A DNA stretch of 64,000 nt, from NCBI GenBank assembly GCA_050245995.1, contig JBFWWV010000029.1, positions 14,652-78,651 of the forward strand, written 5' to 3'. Below the pieces are notes generated by a model. The model was not told the DNA's origin. It did not search any database and saw only the letters and a list, made by a program, of their open reading frames with translations. Below are positions 48,548 to 57,096 of the stretch, one piece after another. Within the stretch, counting starts at the first letter, position 1; every line of letters begins with the position of its first letter. Position numbers and translations under genes: made by a program. This stretch comes from Planctomycetota bacterium (lineage in GTDB: Bacteria > Planctomycetota > UBA1135 > UBA2386).

Positions 48548-49410
48548 TCCTGCTGCGACGCAAGTTCGGGCGCTACGCGCCCTCGCGCGCCGCGCGCGCG
48601 CACGCGGTGCGCGCGGCAGAGGCGACTCACGTCAAGGGCAGGGACGCAACACCCGCGACGGACGCATCCGCGCAGAAAGGAAGCCATCCGCGCGGGGACC
48701 GCAACGGCCGGTCCGGCTGGCACGCGCCGCGCCGCGAAAGCGCATCCGCCAAGTTGACCAACGGGCGCGTCACGGCGAGTGCGGGCCGGCCCTTGGCCGT
48801 TGCTGCCAGCCGACGCTCCAAGCGTCCCCGCGGCTTTCGGCCCGCCAAAGGCGGGGGCCGAAAGGCAACAGCTACCAGAAGGAGACCAACCGACCAGGAA
48901 GACCACCGACGTTCTCGCGGCTTCGGCTCGCTACGCTCGCGCGCCGCAGCATCCGCAGAGAACCTCGGCGCCTCGTTCTCCGAGGTTCCCCGCGGATGGC
49001 GCGGCGCGCGAGGGCGCGCAGCGCCCGAGCCGAAGCCGCAAGAGCGTCGGCTGCGTTCCTCTGCGTGTCGGCCTCTGGGTTCCATGTGCCTTTCGGCCCC
49101 CGCCGTTGGCGGGCCGAAAGGCTCGACCCCGCGCGAGCGTCGGGGCCGGAGCAACGGCCTGGGGCCGGCCCGCACTCGCCGTGACGCGCCGGGGATGCTT
49201 GAACTCGCGGATGGCCGGTCGCGGCGCGGCGCGTGCCAGCCGGACCGGCCGTTGCGGTCCCTGGCGGATGGCTTCCTGTCTTCTCGGTTGCGTTGGTCGC
49301 GGGTGCTGCGTCCCTGCCCTTGACGTGATTCGCCTCTGGCGCGCGCACCGCGTGCGCGCGCGCTGCGCGCGCGGGCGCGCAGCGCCCTCGCTTGCGCCGC
49401 AGCATGTCTG
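48548..49410. repeat. Family C head-to-head doublet (about 860-bp imperfect inverted repeat)
   Basis: e.g. 48601 CACGCGGTGCGCGCGGCAGAGGCGACTCACGTCAAGGGCAGGGACGC pairs with its near complement at ~49310-49363; centre ~48960-48990. Confidence 0.92.
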
Positions 49411-49416
49411 TATGGT
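49411..49416 (+). promoter_or_regulatory. -10 box TATGGT for the serA operon, leaderless configuration
   Basis: 6 nt before ATG 49423; abuts the family C terminal repeat. Confidence 0.5.
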
Positions 49417-49422
49417 CCTCCA

Positions 49423-51015
49423 ATGACCTACCGCATCCTCGTCGCCGACGACCTCGCCGAAGACGGCCTCGCATTGCTGCGCGCCGCCGGCGAGGTCACC
49501 GTGCAGAAGGGCATGAACGAAGACGCCCTGCGCGAAAAGCTGCCGGGCTACCACGCGCTGGTCGTGCGCTCCGCGACCCAGGTGACGGCGCGGTCGCTCG
49601 AGCTGGCCGACGAGCTGGCGCTGATCGGACGCGCGGGCATCGGCGTCGACAACATCGACGTGCCGGCGGCGACGGCGCGCGGCATCGTGGTGATGAACAC
49701 GCCCGAGGCCGGCGCGATCACGACGGGCGAGCACGCGCTGTCGCTGCTGCTGTCGCTGGCGCGCAACATCGCGGCGGCCGACGCGTCGGTGCGCGCGGGC
49801 AAGTGGGAGAAGAGCAAGTTCACCGGCGTGGAGCTGACCGGCAAACAGCTCGGCGTGCTGGGCCTGGGCCGCATCGGCCGGGTGGTCGCCGAGCGCGCGC
49901 GCGGGCTGGGCATGCTGATCGCGGCCTACGACCCGTTCGTGACGCCGGCGAACGCGCCGCCTGGCGTGCGCATGCTCGACCTCGGCGAGCTGCTGGCGAC
50001 GTCGGACTTCGTCACGGTGCACGTGCCGCTGGCCGACGACACGCGCGGGCTGCTCGGCAAGGAGCAGCTCGCGGCGATGAAGCGCGGCGCGCGGCTGGTG
50101 TGCGCGGCGCGCGGCGGCATCGTCGACGAGCCGGCGCTGTGCGCGGCGCTGGCGTCGGGCCACCTGGCGGGCGCGGCGCTCGACGTGTTCGCGCAGGAGC
50201 CGCTGCCGATGGACAGCCCCCTGCGGCAGGCGCCGAACCTCGTGCTGACGCCGCACCTCGGCGCCAGCACGCACGAGGCCAAGCACAACGTCTCGGTCGA
50301 GATGGCGAAGCAGGTGGCGCTCTGCCTGCAGAAGGGCGTCGCGCTGAACGGCGTCAACGTGCCGCGCATCGCGCCGAGCGACGCGCAGCAGGTGGGCCCC
50401 TACCTCGCGCTGGTGCAGAACCTGGCGACGTTCCTGGTGCAGGCGTTCCCGGGCCAGCTGAAGTCGCTGCGGCTGACGGCCCAGGGCGGCATCCCGGAGT
50501 CGTCGCTGGCGGCGCTGCGGGCCGGCATGGTGGTCGGCGCGCTGAAGCCGAGCACCACCGGCGCGGTGACGCCGGTCAACGCCGAGCGCATCGCCAAGGA
50601 CCGCAACGTGCGCGTGTTCGCCGAGGCCAGCTCGCTGAAGCGCGACTTCATGAACCTGGTGCGCGTCGAGGCGCTGCTCGGCGACGACCGCCACTTCGCC
50701 ACGGGCACGGTGCTCGGTCACCGACACGGCCGGCTGGTCGAGCTCGACGACTACGTGCTCGACGCGATCCCCGAGGCGCCGATGCTGGTGACGTTCCACG
50801 CCGACCAGCCCGGCGTGGTCGGCAAGCTCGGCACGCTGCTCGGCGACGCCGGCATCAACATCTCGCGCATGCAGATCGGCAAGCCGGTCGACGCCGGCGC
50901 GATGGCGCAGACGCCGTCGGTCGCGATCCTCAACCTCGACCAGCCGCCGCCCGACCCGCTGCTGACCGCGATCCGCGCCCTGCCGGCGATGCAACGCGCC
51001 GCGCTGGTGCGGTGA
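49423..51015 (+). CDS. serA: D-3-phosphoglycerate dehydrogenase (with C-terminal ACT domain)
   Basis: LVVRSAT, GRAGIGVDNIDV, GVLGLGRIG, TPHLGASTHEA, DQPGVVGKLG..INISRMQIG. Confidence 0.96.
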   Translation: MTYRILVADDLAEDGLALLRAAGEVTVQKGMNEDALREKLPGYHALVVRSATQVTARSLELADELALIGRAGIGVDNIDVPAATARGIVVMNTPEAGAITTGEHALSLLLSLARNIAAADASVRAGKWEKSKFTGVELTGKQLGVLGLGRIGRVVAERARGLGMLIAAYDPFVTPANAPPGVRMLDLGELLATSDFVTVHVPLADDTRGLLGKEQLAAMKRGARLVCAARGGIVDEPALCAALASGHLAGAALDVFAQEPLPMDSPLRQAPNLVLTPHLGASTHEAKHNVSVEMAKQVALCLQKGVALNGVNVPRIAPSDAQQVGPYLALVQNLATFLVQAFPGQLKSLRLTAQGGIPESSLAALRAGMVVGALKPSTTGAVTPVNAERIAKDRNVRVFAEASSLKRDFMNLVRVEALLGDDRHFATGTVLGHRHGRLVELDDYVLDAIPEAPMLVTFHADQPGVVGKLGTLLGDAGINISRMQIGKPVDAGAMAQTPSVAILNLDQPPPDPLLTAIRALPAMQRAALVR

Positions 51016-51767
51016 CCCCGCCGTCCTCCACTCCGCGCGGCGCCGCGCCGCCGTTCGCCGCGGTCTACTTCGACTGCGACTCGACGCTGGCGACGGTCGA
51101 GGGCATCGACGAGCTGGTCTCGGGTCTCGCGCCGGCGCAGCAGCGCGAGGTGCTCGCGCTCACCCAGCAGGCCATGGACGGCACCCTGCCGCTGGCCGAC
51201 GTCTACCGGTCCCGGCTCGCGACGATCGCGCCGAGCCGCGACGCCCTGGTCGCAGTCGGCGCCCGCTACGTGGCGGCGATGGTGCCCGACGCCGACGGGG
51301 TCGTGCAGGCCCTGCAGCACCTCGGCAAGCGCGTCGGCATCGTCAGCGGCGGTCTGCTCGCGCCCGTGCAGGCGCTGGCGCACCACCTCGGCGTCCATCC
51401 GTCGCACGTGCACGCGGTGCCGCTGCAGTTCGCCGCCGACGGCAGCTACCTGGACTTCGACCGCAGCTGCCCCCTGTGGCAGAACGGCGGCAAGGTCACC
51501 GTCCTGAAGGCGCTGCCGCCCGACCACCGGCCGCTTGCGTTCGTCGGCGACGGCATCACCGACCTCGAGACCCAGGGCACCGCGGCCGACCTGTTCGTCG
51601 GCTTCGGCGGCGTCGCCGCGCGCGAGAAGGTCCGCACCGCGGCCCAGGCCTGGTTCGACACCCCCACCCTGGCGCCGCTGCTGCGCATCGTCCTGAGCCC
51701 CCCCGAACTGGCGCGGCTCGGCGCCCAGCCGCGGTTCGCGCCGTTGCTTTCGCGCGCCGGCCTGTGA
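51012..51767 (+). CDS. serB: HAD phosphoserine phosphatase
   Basis: FDCDSTLATVEGIDEL, TQQAMDG, IVSGG, VGDGITD, FVGFGG; coupled to serA. Confidence 0.85.
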   Translation: MTPPSSTPRGAAPPFAAVYFDCDSTLATVEGIDELVSGLAPAQQREVLALTQQAMDGTLPLADVYRSRLATIAPSRDALVAVGARYVAAMVPDADGVVQALQHLGKRVGIVSGGLLAPVQALAHHLGVHPSHVHAVPLQFAADGSYLDFDRSCPLWQNGGKVTVLKALPPDHRPLAFVGDGITDLETQGTAADLFVGFGGVAAREKVRTAAQAWFDTPTLAPLLRIVLSPPELARLGAQPRFAPLLSRAGL

Positions 51768-52849
51768 TGCTCAGGGGCATGGGCGATCACCCCGTGCTGT
51801 TCATCCCGGGTCCGACCGAAGTCGACGACGAGCTGCGCCGCATCATGGCGATGCCGCTGTGCGGGCACCGCTCGCAGGGCTTCACAGCCGCCGTGCACGA
51901 CGTCTGCCAACGGCTCAAGCCGCTGTTCCACACGCTGGCGCACACGGCGTTCGAGACCTGCCCGGCGACGGCGCTGATGGAGGCCGGGATCCGCAACCTG
52001 GTGCCGCCCGGCGGCCGCACGCTGCACCTCGTGGCCGGCGCGTTCGGCGAGCGCTGGAGCAAGATCAGCGGCTGGTGCGGGCGCCAGCCCGAGCTGCTCG
52101 CGGCGCCCTGGGGCAGCGCGCACGACCCGGCGCTGCTGGCGACGCGGCTGCGCAGCGGCCCGCCCGTCAGCGCGGTGATGATCACGCACAACGAGACCTC
52201 GACCGGCGTCCTGCAGCCGCTGCGCCAGCTGGCCGCCGCCGTGCGCGAGACCGCGCCCGACGCGCTGGTGCTGGTCGACGCCGTCACCTCGCTCGGCGGC
52301 GCCGAGCTGCAGTTCGACGACTGGGGCATCGACCTCGCGTTCGCCGGCACGCAGAAGTGCCTGGCGCTGCCGCCGGGCCTGTGCGTCTACGCGCTCAGCC
52401 ACCGCGCGATGGAGCGCGCGCGATCGGTCCCGGACCGCGGCTACCTGTTCGACTTCGTGCGGGCGGTGCCCGACACGCTGGCCGGCAAGACGCTGGCGAC
52501 GCCGTGCGTGCCGCTGGTGTTCGCCTTGCAGCGCCAGCTGCAGCGCATCGAGCAGGAGACGCTCGAGGCGCGCTGGCTGCGCCACCGCGCGATGCAGCAG
52601 GTCTGCGCCGACTGGGCCCGCGAGCACGCGATCGAGCCGTTCGTCGCCCAGGAGGCGGCGCGTTCGCCGACGGTCAGCTGCTTCCAGGCCAGCGGCCGCG
52701 ACGTGAAGCAGATGGCCGAACGCGCCAGCGACGCCGGCTACAAGATCGATCAGGGCTACGGCGACCTGAAGGGCAAGACGTTCCGCATCGGCCACATGGG
52801 CGACCACACGGTCGACCGCGTGCAGGCCTGCCTGCGGACGATGCTCTGA
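51767..52849 (+). CDS. Class V PLP aminotransferase (alanine-glyoxylate/serine-pyruvate type), probable SerC substitute
   Basis: LFIPGPTEV, GHRS, HNETSTGV, LVDAVTS, GTQKCLALPPG, TPCV, FRIGHMG. Confidence 0.88.
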   Translation: MLRGMGDHPVLFIPGPTEVDDELRRIMAMPLCGHRSQGFTAAVHDVCQRLKPLFHTLAHTAFETCPATALMEAGIRNLVPPGGRTLHLVAGAFGERWSKISGWCGRQPELLAAPWGSAHDPALLATRLRSGPPVSAVMITHNETSTGVLQPLRQLAAAVRETAPDALVLVDAVTSLGGAELQFDDWGIDLAFAGTQKCLALPPGLCVYALSHRAMERARSVPDRGYLFDFVRAVPDTLAGKTLATPCVPLVFALQRQLQRIEQETLEARWLRHRAMQQVCADWAREHAIEPFVAQEAARSPTVSCFQASGRDVKQMAERASDAGYKIDQGYGDLKGKTFRIGHMGDHTVDRVQACLRTML

Positions 52850-53011
52850 GGCCCAGAGCCGGCCACAAGGGCAACGGATCGCATCGATACAGCCGCGCGA
52901 ACGCGCGACGGCGCGGTGCCACGGCCGCGTCCCCAACCGCGGGCAAATCGCGCGCAGCCGGCACTCCATGCGCCCCGTCGAGCTGCCGATGCCGACGGCG
53001 GAGGACGGCGC

Positions 53012-53836
53012 ATGGGCCTTCGCATCAACAGCAACATCCCTTCCCTGACCGCGCAGCGGAACCTGGCGAAGATCACCGACATCCTCGCCGGCCACTACCG
53101 GCGGCTGTCGACCGGTCTGCGCATCAGCACCGCAGCCGACGACCCGGCCGGGCTGGCGATGTCGGAGCGGCTGCGCGCGCAGATCCGCTCGCTCGACCAG
53201 GCGAGCCGCAACGCCCAGGACGGCGTGTCGTTGGTGCGCACCGCCGAGGGCGCGCTCGACGAGGTCAGCTCGATGATGGGCCGCCTGCGCGAGCTCGCGG
53301 TGCAGTCGTCGAACGGCACCCTGTCGCAGGCCGACCGCGACACGCTGCAGCAGGAGTTCGGCGAGCTGGTGCAGGAGATCGACCGCATCGCGCAGGGCAC
53401 CGAGTTCAACGGCATCGCGCTGCTCGACGGCACCGGCGGCCAGATCACGTTCCAGGTCGGCGGCGGCACGTCCGCGGCCGACGGCATCGCCGTGCAGCTC
53501 GGCTCGGCGCGCACCAGCGACCTCGGCCTCGCGACCCTCGACATCAGCTCGACCGGCGGCGCCAGCACCGCGATCTCCGCCATCGACCAGGCCACCGACA
53601 GCGTGTCGACGCTGCGCGGCCGCTACGGCGCCACGCAGAACCGGCTCGACTCGGCGACGCGCTACCTCGGCGTGCAGCGCGAGAACCTGTCCGCCGCCGA
53701 GAGCCGGATCCGCGACGTCGACGTCGCCTACGAGACGGCGCAGCTGGCCAAGGCGCAGATCCTGCAGCAGGCGACGATCGCGATCCTGACGCAGGCCAAC
53801 GCACAGCCGCAGCTGGCCCTGCGCCTGCTGGCCTGA
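53012..53836 (+). CDS. fliC: Flagellin (minimal, 274 aa)
   Basis: LRINSN, RLSTGLRISTAADDPAGLA, NAQDGVSLVRTAEGAL, TEFNG, RGRYGATQNRL, AESRIRDVDVA, AQANAQP-like end; GGAGG RBS. Confidence 0.95.
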   Translation: MGLRINSNIPSLTAQRNLAKITDILAGHYRRLSTGLRISTAADDPAGLAMSERLRAQIRSLDQASRNAQDGVSLVRTAEGALDEVSSMMGRLRELAVQSSNGTLSQADRDTLQQEFGELVQEIDRIAQGTEFNGIALLDGTGGQITFQVGGGTSAADGIAVQLGSARTSDLGLATLDISSTGGASTAISAIDQATDSVSTLRGRYGATQNRLDSATRYLGVQRENLSAAESRIRDVDVAYETAQLAKAQILQQATIAILTQANAQPQLALRLLA

Positions 53837-53856
53837 GCCGGGCACCGGGGACACAG

Positions 53857-54350
53857 CGCTCCCTGCTCCGCGCGACTCCCGGTGCTTTGGGTGCCCGTCC
53901 GGCCTTCTCGGGGCACTCCAGAGGAACAGGGAGAGCACGGAGAGCATCAGGAGAGGCACAGAGCAGAAAGCAACCGACCACGCCAGCACTGCCGCCCAGC
54001 CAGAGCAATCGCACGGAACGCGAAGCATGCGCGCACCGCTCGGTCCTCGACGCCTTGGTGGATGCCTCAGCTGGGCGGCTGCTTTCTGCTCTGCGTCCTC
54101 GGTGCCCTCTGTGGTTCCTTCTCTGGTGCGCGGATGCGCTCGTGCCGCGTGACGGCCCCCAGAGTCGAGCGCTTTCTGCTCCGTGCACCTCCCGGTGCTC
54201 TTCGTGCTCTCCCTGTTCTGCGTCCGGGAGTACCCCAGAAGAAAAACCACAGAGGACACGGAGAGCACGGAGCAGAAAACAACCGACTACGCGAGACCCG
54301 CCGCCCAGCCAAGGCAGAGGCACCGAAGGAGATCGCGCGTTCCTGCCGTC
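53857..54350. repeat. Palindromic element family B, copy 4
   Basis: 54040-54230 is the reverse complement of the 35145-35335 unit; core GGGAGTACCCCAGAA at ~54226-54240. Confidence 0.9.
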
Positions 54351-54378
54351 GAGCTGCTGGGTGGTGGTTCTCTGCTGT

Positions 54379-55956
54379 TCAGTCCACCGCGGCCGCGCGC
54401 GCGGCCTGCACCGCCGCGTCCGCCTGCAGCAGGCCGTTGCCGGTCACCGGGTCGGGGCCGGGTTCGCCGAGGTCCTTGCAGGTCGCCGTCATCAGCTGCT
54501 GCACGCGCCACGGCGTGAGTTCGGGATTGGCGTGAAGCATCAGCGCCGCGACCCCGGCGGCGTGCGGGCCGGCGAACGAGTTGCCGCGCGGTCCCTCGAT
54601 CAGGCCGTAGCCGGCCTCGTCCTGCCAGCGCACCTCGGCGCGCCCGCGCGCGACGGTGGCGCGGTGCCACACCGGGAACTCCATGCAGCACGCGGTGACG
54701 TCGGGCTTCTGCAGCGGCGCGTTGGCCGGATAGTCCTCGAAGAACGGCACATCGTCCCAGGTGCACGGGCCGCGGCTGCTGAACGGCGGCACCGCGCCGT
54801 CGCGGCCGACGCCGGCGGCGGCGATCACGCACGGGATGTCCTTCGGCAGCGCGATCTGCCGCCCCTCGGGCTCGCTGCGCCCGAAGTTGCCGGCGCCGCC
54901 GACGGCGACGACGCCGCACGCGGCCAGGTGTTCGTGCGCGGTCCGGAACACGCCGCGGTAGGAGCCTAGCTCGCCGCCGACCCACATGTAGCTCATCGAC
55001 ATCACCTGGGCGCCCATGCTGGCGGCGTACTCGTAGGCGGCGAGGCGCCCCATGCCGCGCAGCACCATCAGCCGCGCGCGCGGCGCGACGCCGGTGACGG
55101 TGCGCGGCGCCCCCCACGGCCGCCCGGCGACGATGCCGCCGCACATGGTGCCGTGCGACTGCGCGCCGTCGCCGACGACGAAGCGCGTGTCGCCGTCGAA
55201 GTCCCAGCCGAACAGGTCGTCGACGAGGCCGTTGCCGTCGTCGTCGACGCCGTTGTTGGTCTCGCCGGGGTTCTGCCACAGCGCGTGCACCAGCGGCTCC
55301 ATCGGCAGCACCCCGCTGTCGAGCAGCGCCACGACGACGCCGTCGCCGGTGGCGCCGAGCGCCCAGGCCGCAGGCGCCCGCACCGTCTCGAGGTTCCACG
55401 GCACCTCGCACCCGGCCGGATCGAATGCGCCCTCCTGGCCGCGCGCCGCCAACAGGTCGAGCGCCCGCACCTCGTCGATGGCGCGTTCGCCGAGCCAGCG
55501 CTCGGGTCGCTCGTTGTGGCGGTGCTGGCTGCCGCGCTCCTGCCGGTGCACGAACGCGACGCCGGGGAGCCGGCGCAGCCGCGCCACCGCCGCGCCGGTC
55601 GCGTCGGCGGCGAAGCCGTTGACGATCCAGAACCGCCGCACCGCGGTCAGGTCGCCGGCGTCCTCGAGTTCCGCAACCGCGGTCGCGAGGTCGGCCCACG
55701 CCGCTTCGGCGCGCCGGTGCAGCTCCGCCAGCGCGTGCGCCCGCACCGCGGTGCGCCCGGCCTCGCCCTGCGCCGCGCAGAACCGCGGATAGGCCGCGCC
55801 GTCGGCGAACAGCTGGTCGCGCATGCGCACGAACACGGGCTGTGGCCGTTCGGCATCCGCGAGCCCCGGGTCGACGGGCGCAGCGTCCTGCGCGCGACCG
55901 AACCCCGCGATCAGCAACGCCACGAGCCCAATCGGCCACCACACGGGTCTGCGCAT
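54379..55956 (-). CDS. Secreted S8 (subtilisin-like) serine peptidase
   Basis: Triad VALLDSG / HGTMCGG / GNSFAGPHAAG; oxyanion GAGN; NNGVDDDGNGLVDD insert. Confidence 0.9.
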   Translation of the reverse strand: MRRPVWWPIGLVALLIAGFGRAQDAAPVDPGLADAERPQPVFVRMRDQLFADGAAYPRFCAAQGEAGRTAVRAHALAELHRRAEAAWADLATAVAELEDAGDLTAVRRFWIVNGFAADATGAAVARLRRLPGVAFVHRQERGSQHRHNERPERWLGERAIDEVRALDLLAARGQEGAFDPAGCEVPWNLETVRAPAAWALGATGDGVVVALLDSGVLPMEPLVHALWQNPGETNNGVDDDGNGLVDDLFGWDFDGDTRFVVGDGAQSHGTMCGGIVAGRPWGAPRTVTGVAPRARLMVLRGMGRLAAYEYAASMGAQVMSMSYMWVGGELGSYRGVFRTAHEHLAACGVVAVGGAGNFGRSEPEGRQIALPKDIPCVIAAAGVGRDGAVPPFSSRGPCTWDDVPFFEDYPANAPLQKPDVTACCMEFPVWHRATVARGRAEVRWQDEAGYGLIEGPRGNSFAGPHAAGVAALMLHANPELTPWRVQQLMTATCKDLGEPGPDPVTGNGLLQADAAVQAARAAAVD

Positions 55957-56001
55957 GGCGCCAGCATGCCGAACCGACGACGAGCCGGCGAGCCCGGAGT
56001 G

Positions 56002-56970
56002 TCAGCGTCCGGCGAGCAGCAGCAGAGCGCTGCCGGCGACGGCCAGCAGCGTTCCGAACACGGCGAGCAGGCCCACGCGCGCCCCGTACGCGAACCGCGC
56101 CACCGGCAGCAGGAACAGCGGCGTGGTCGCCATCAGCGCCGCCGCCGCGCCGGCGCTGTCGGCGTAGCGCGCCGCCACCATCGACAGCCACACGCCGACC
56201 ACCGGCCCGAACAGCGTCCCGAGCAGCGTCGGCCCGAGCGCGCCGCCGCGCACGACCCGCACGAACGCGCCGAGCCGACCCTGCAGCGCACCGAGCACCA
56301 CCATGCCGCCGAGCCCGGCGACCATGCGCACCAGCGTCGCCGACAGCGGCGCCACGCCTTCGGGCAGGTCCGGTCCCTGCTGCATCGCCGCCCGCGACAG
56401 CACCATGCCCGCCGCCTGGCCGAACGCGCCGAGCAGCGCCGCCGCGATCGCCACGCGGCGCTGGCGCGGCGTCAGCGCGGCACCCCAGCTGGTGCCTTCG
56501 CGCGTCCGCAGCAGCACCAGCACCACGCCGGCCATCGTCAGCAGCAGTCCGCCCACCTGCAGCGCCGACGGCAGCTCGCGGCCGAGCGCCAGCAGCAGCG
56601 CCATCGCCGGCCAGGTCGCCTGCAGCACCGAGCTGAGACGCGGCCCGAGCGCGCCGAGCGCGTGGAAGTAGCCGAGGTCGCCGACGGTCAGCCCGAGCAC
56701 GCCCGACGCCGCCAGCAGCCCCAGCCGCTCGGCCGGCAGGCCCGACGGCCACAGCCCGCCGACCGCGACCGCATGCGCGACCAGCAGCACCGCCACCGCG
56801 CCGAGCAGGCGGAACTGGTTCACGGCCAGCGCGCCGACGCGCCGCGCCGCGAAGCCGAAGAACAGGCTGGTGGCGGCCCAACACAGGGCGGTGGCCACGG
56901 CGGCGCACTCGCCCCACGGGACGGCGGCGGGCGCCGATGCGAACAGCTGCGATGCGATCGGAGTCGACAC
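56002..56970 (-). CDS. EamA/DMT family transporter (start uncertain)
   Basis: ATALCWAATSL, SGVLGLTVGD..FHAL..LGPR, about 10 TM, GTLFGPVVGVWLS. Confidence 0.88.
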   Translation of the reverse strand: MSTPIASQLFASAPAAVPWGECAAVATALCWAATSLFFGFAARRVGALAVNQFRLLGAVAVLLVAHAVAVGGLWPSGLPAERLGLLAASGVLGLTVGDLGYFHALGALGPRLSSVLQATWPAMALLLALGRELPSALQVGGLLLTMAGVVLVLLRTREGTSWGAALTPRQRRVAIAAALLGAFGQAAGMVLSRAAMQQGPDLPEGVAPLSATLVRMVAGLGGMVVLGALQGRLGAFVRVVRGGALGPTLLGTLFGPVVGVWLSMVAARYADSAGAAAALMATTPLFLLPVARFAYGARVGLLAVFGTLLAVAGSALLLLAGR

Positions 56971-57096
56971 GGAGGTCGGTGCGGCAGCCGCGCGTCCTGT
57001 GCTGCCGCCGCGCGGACGGCGTCGCACGGCAGCACCCGCCGGTGGGACGCCGCGGTGTGGCGCGGAAGTGTGGCCGGCGCTTACCGTGCGCGCAAC

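Noticed and set aside
48607-49474. ORFs inside the family C palindrome
   Set aside because: Open on both strands because of the symmetry and GC content; no coding signal or transposase motif
52960-52995. Sigma-28 promoter for fliC
   Set aside because: GCCGATGC resembles the -10 box but there is no TAAA-like -35 at 15-bp spacing; not supportable
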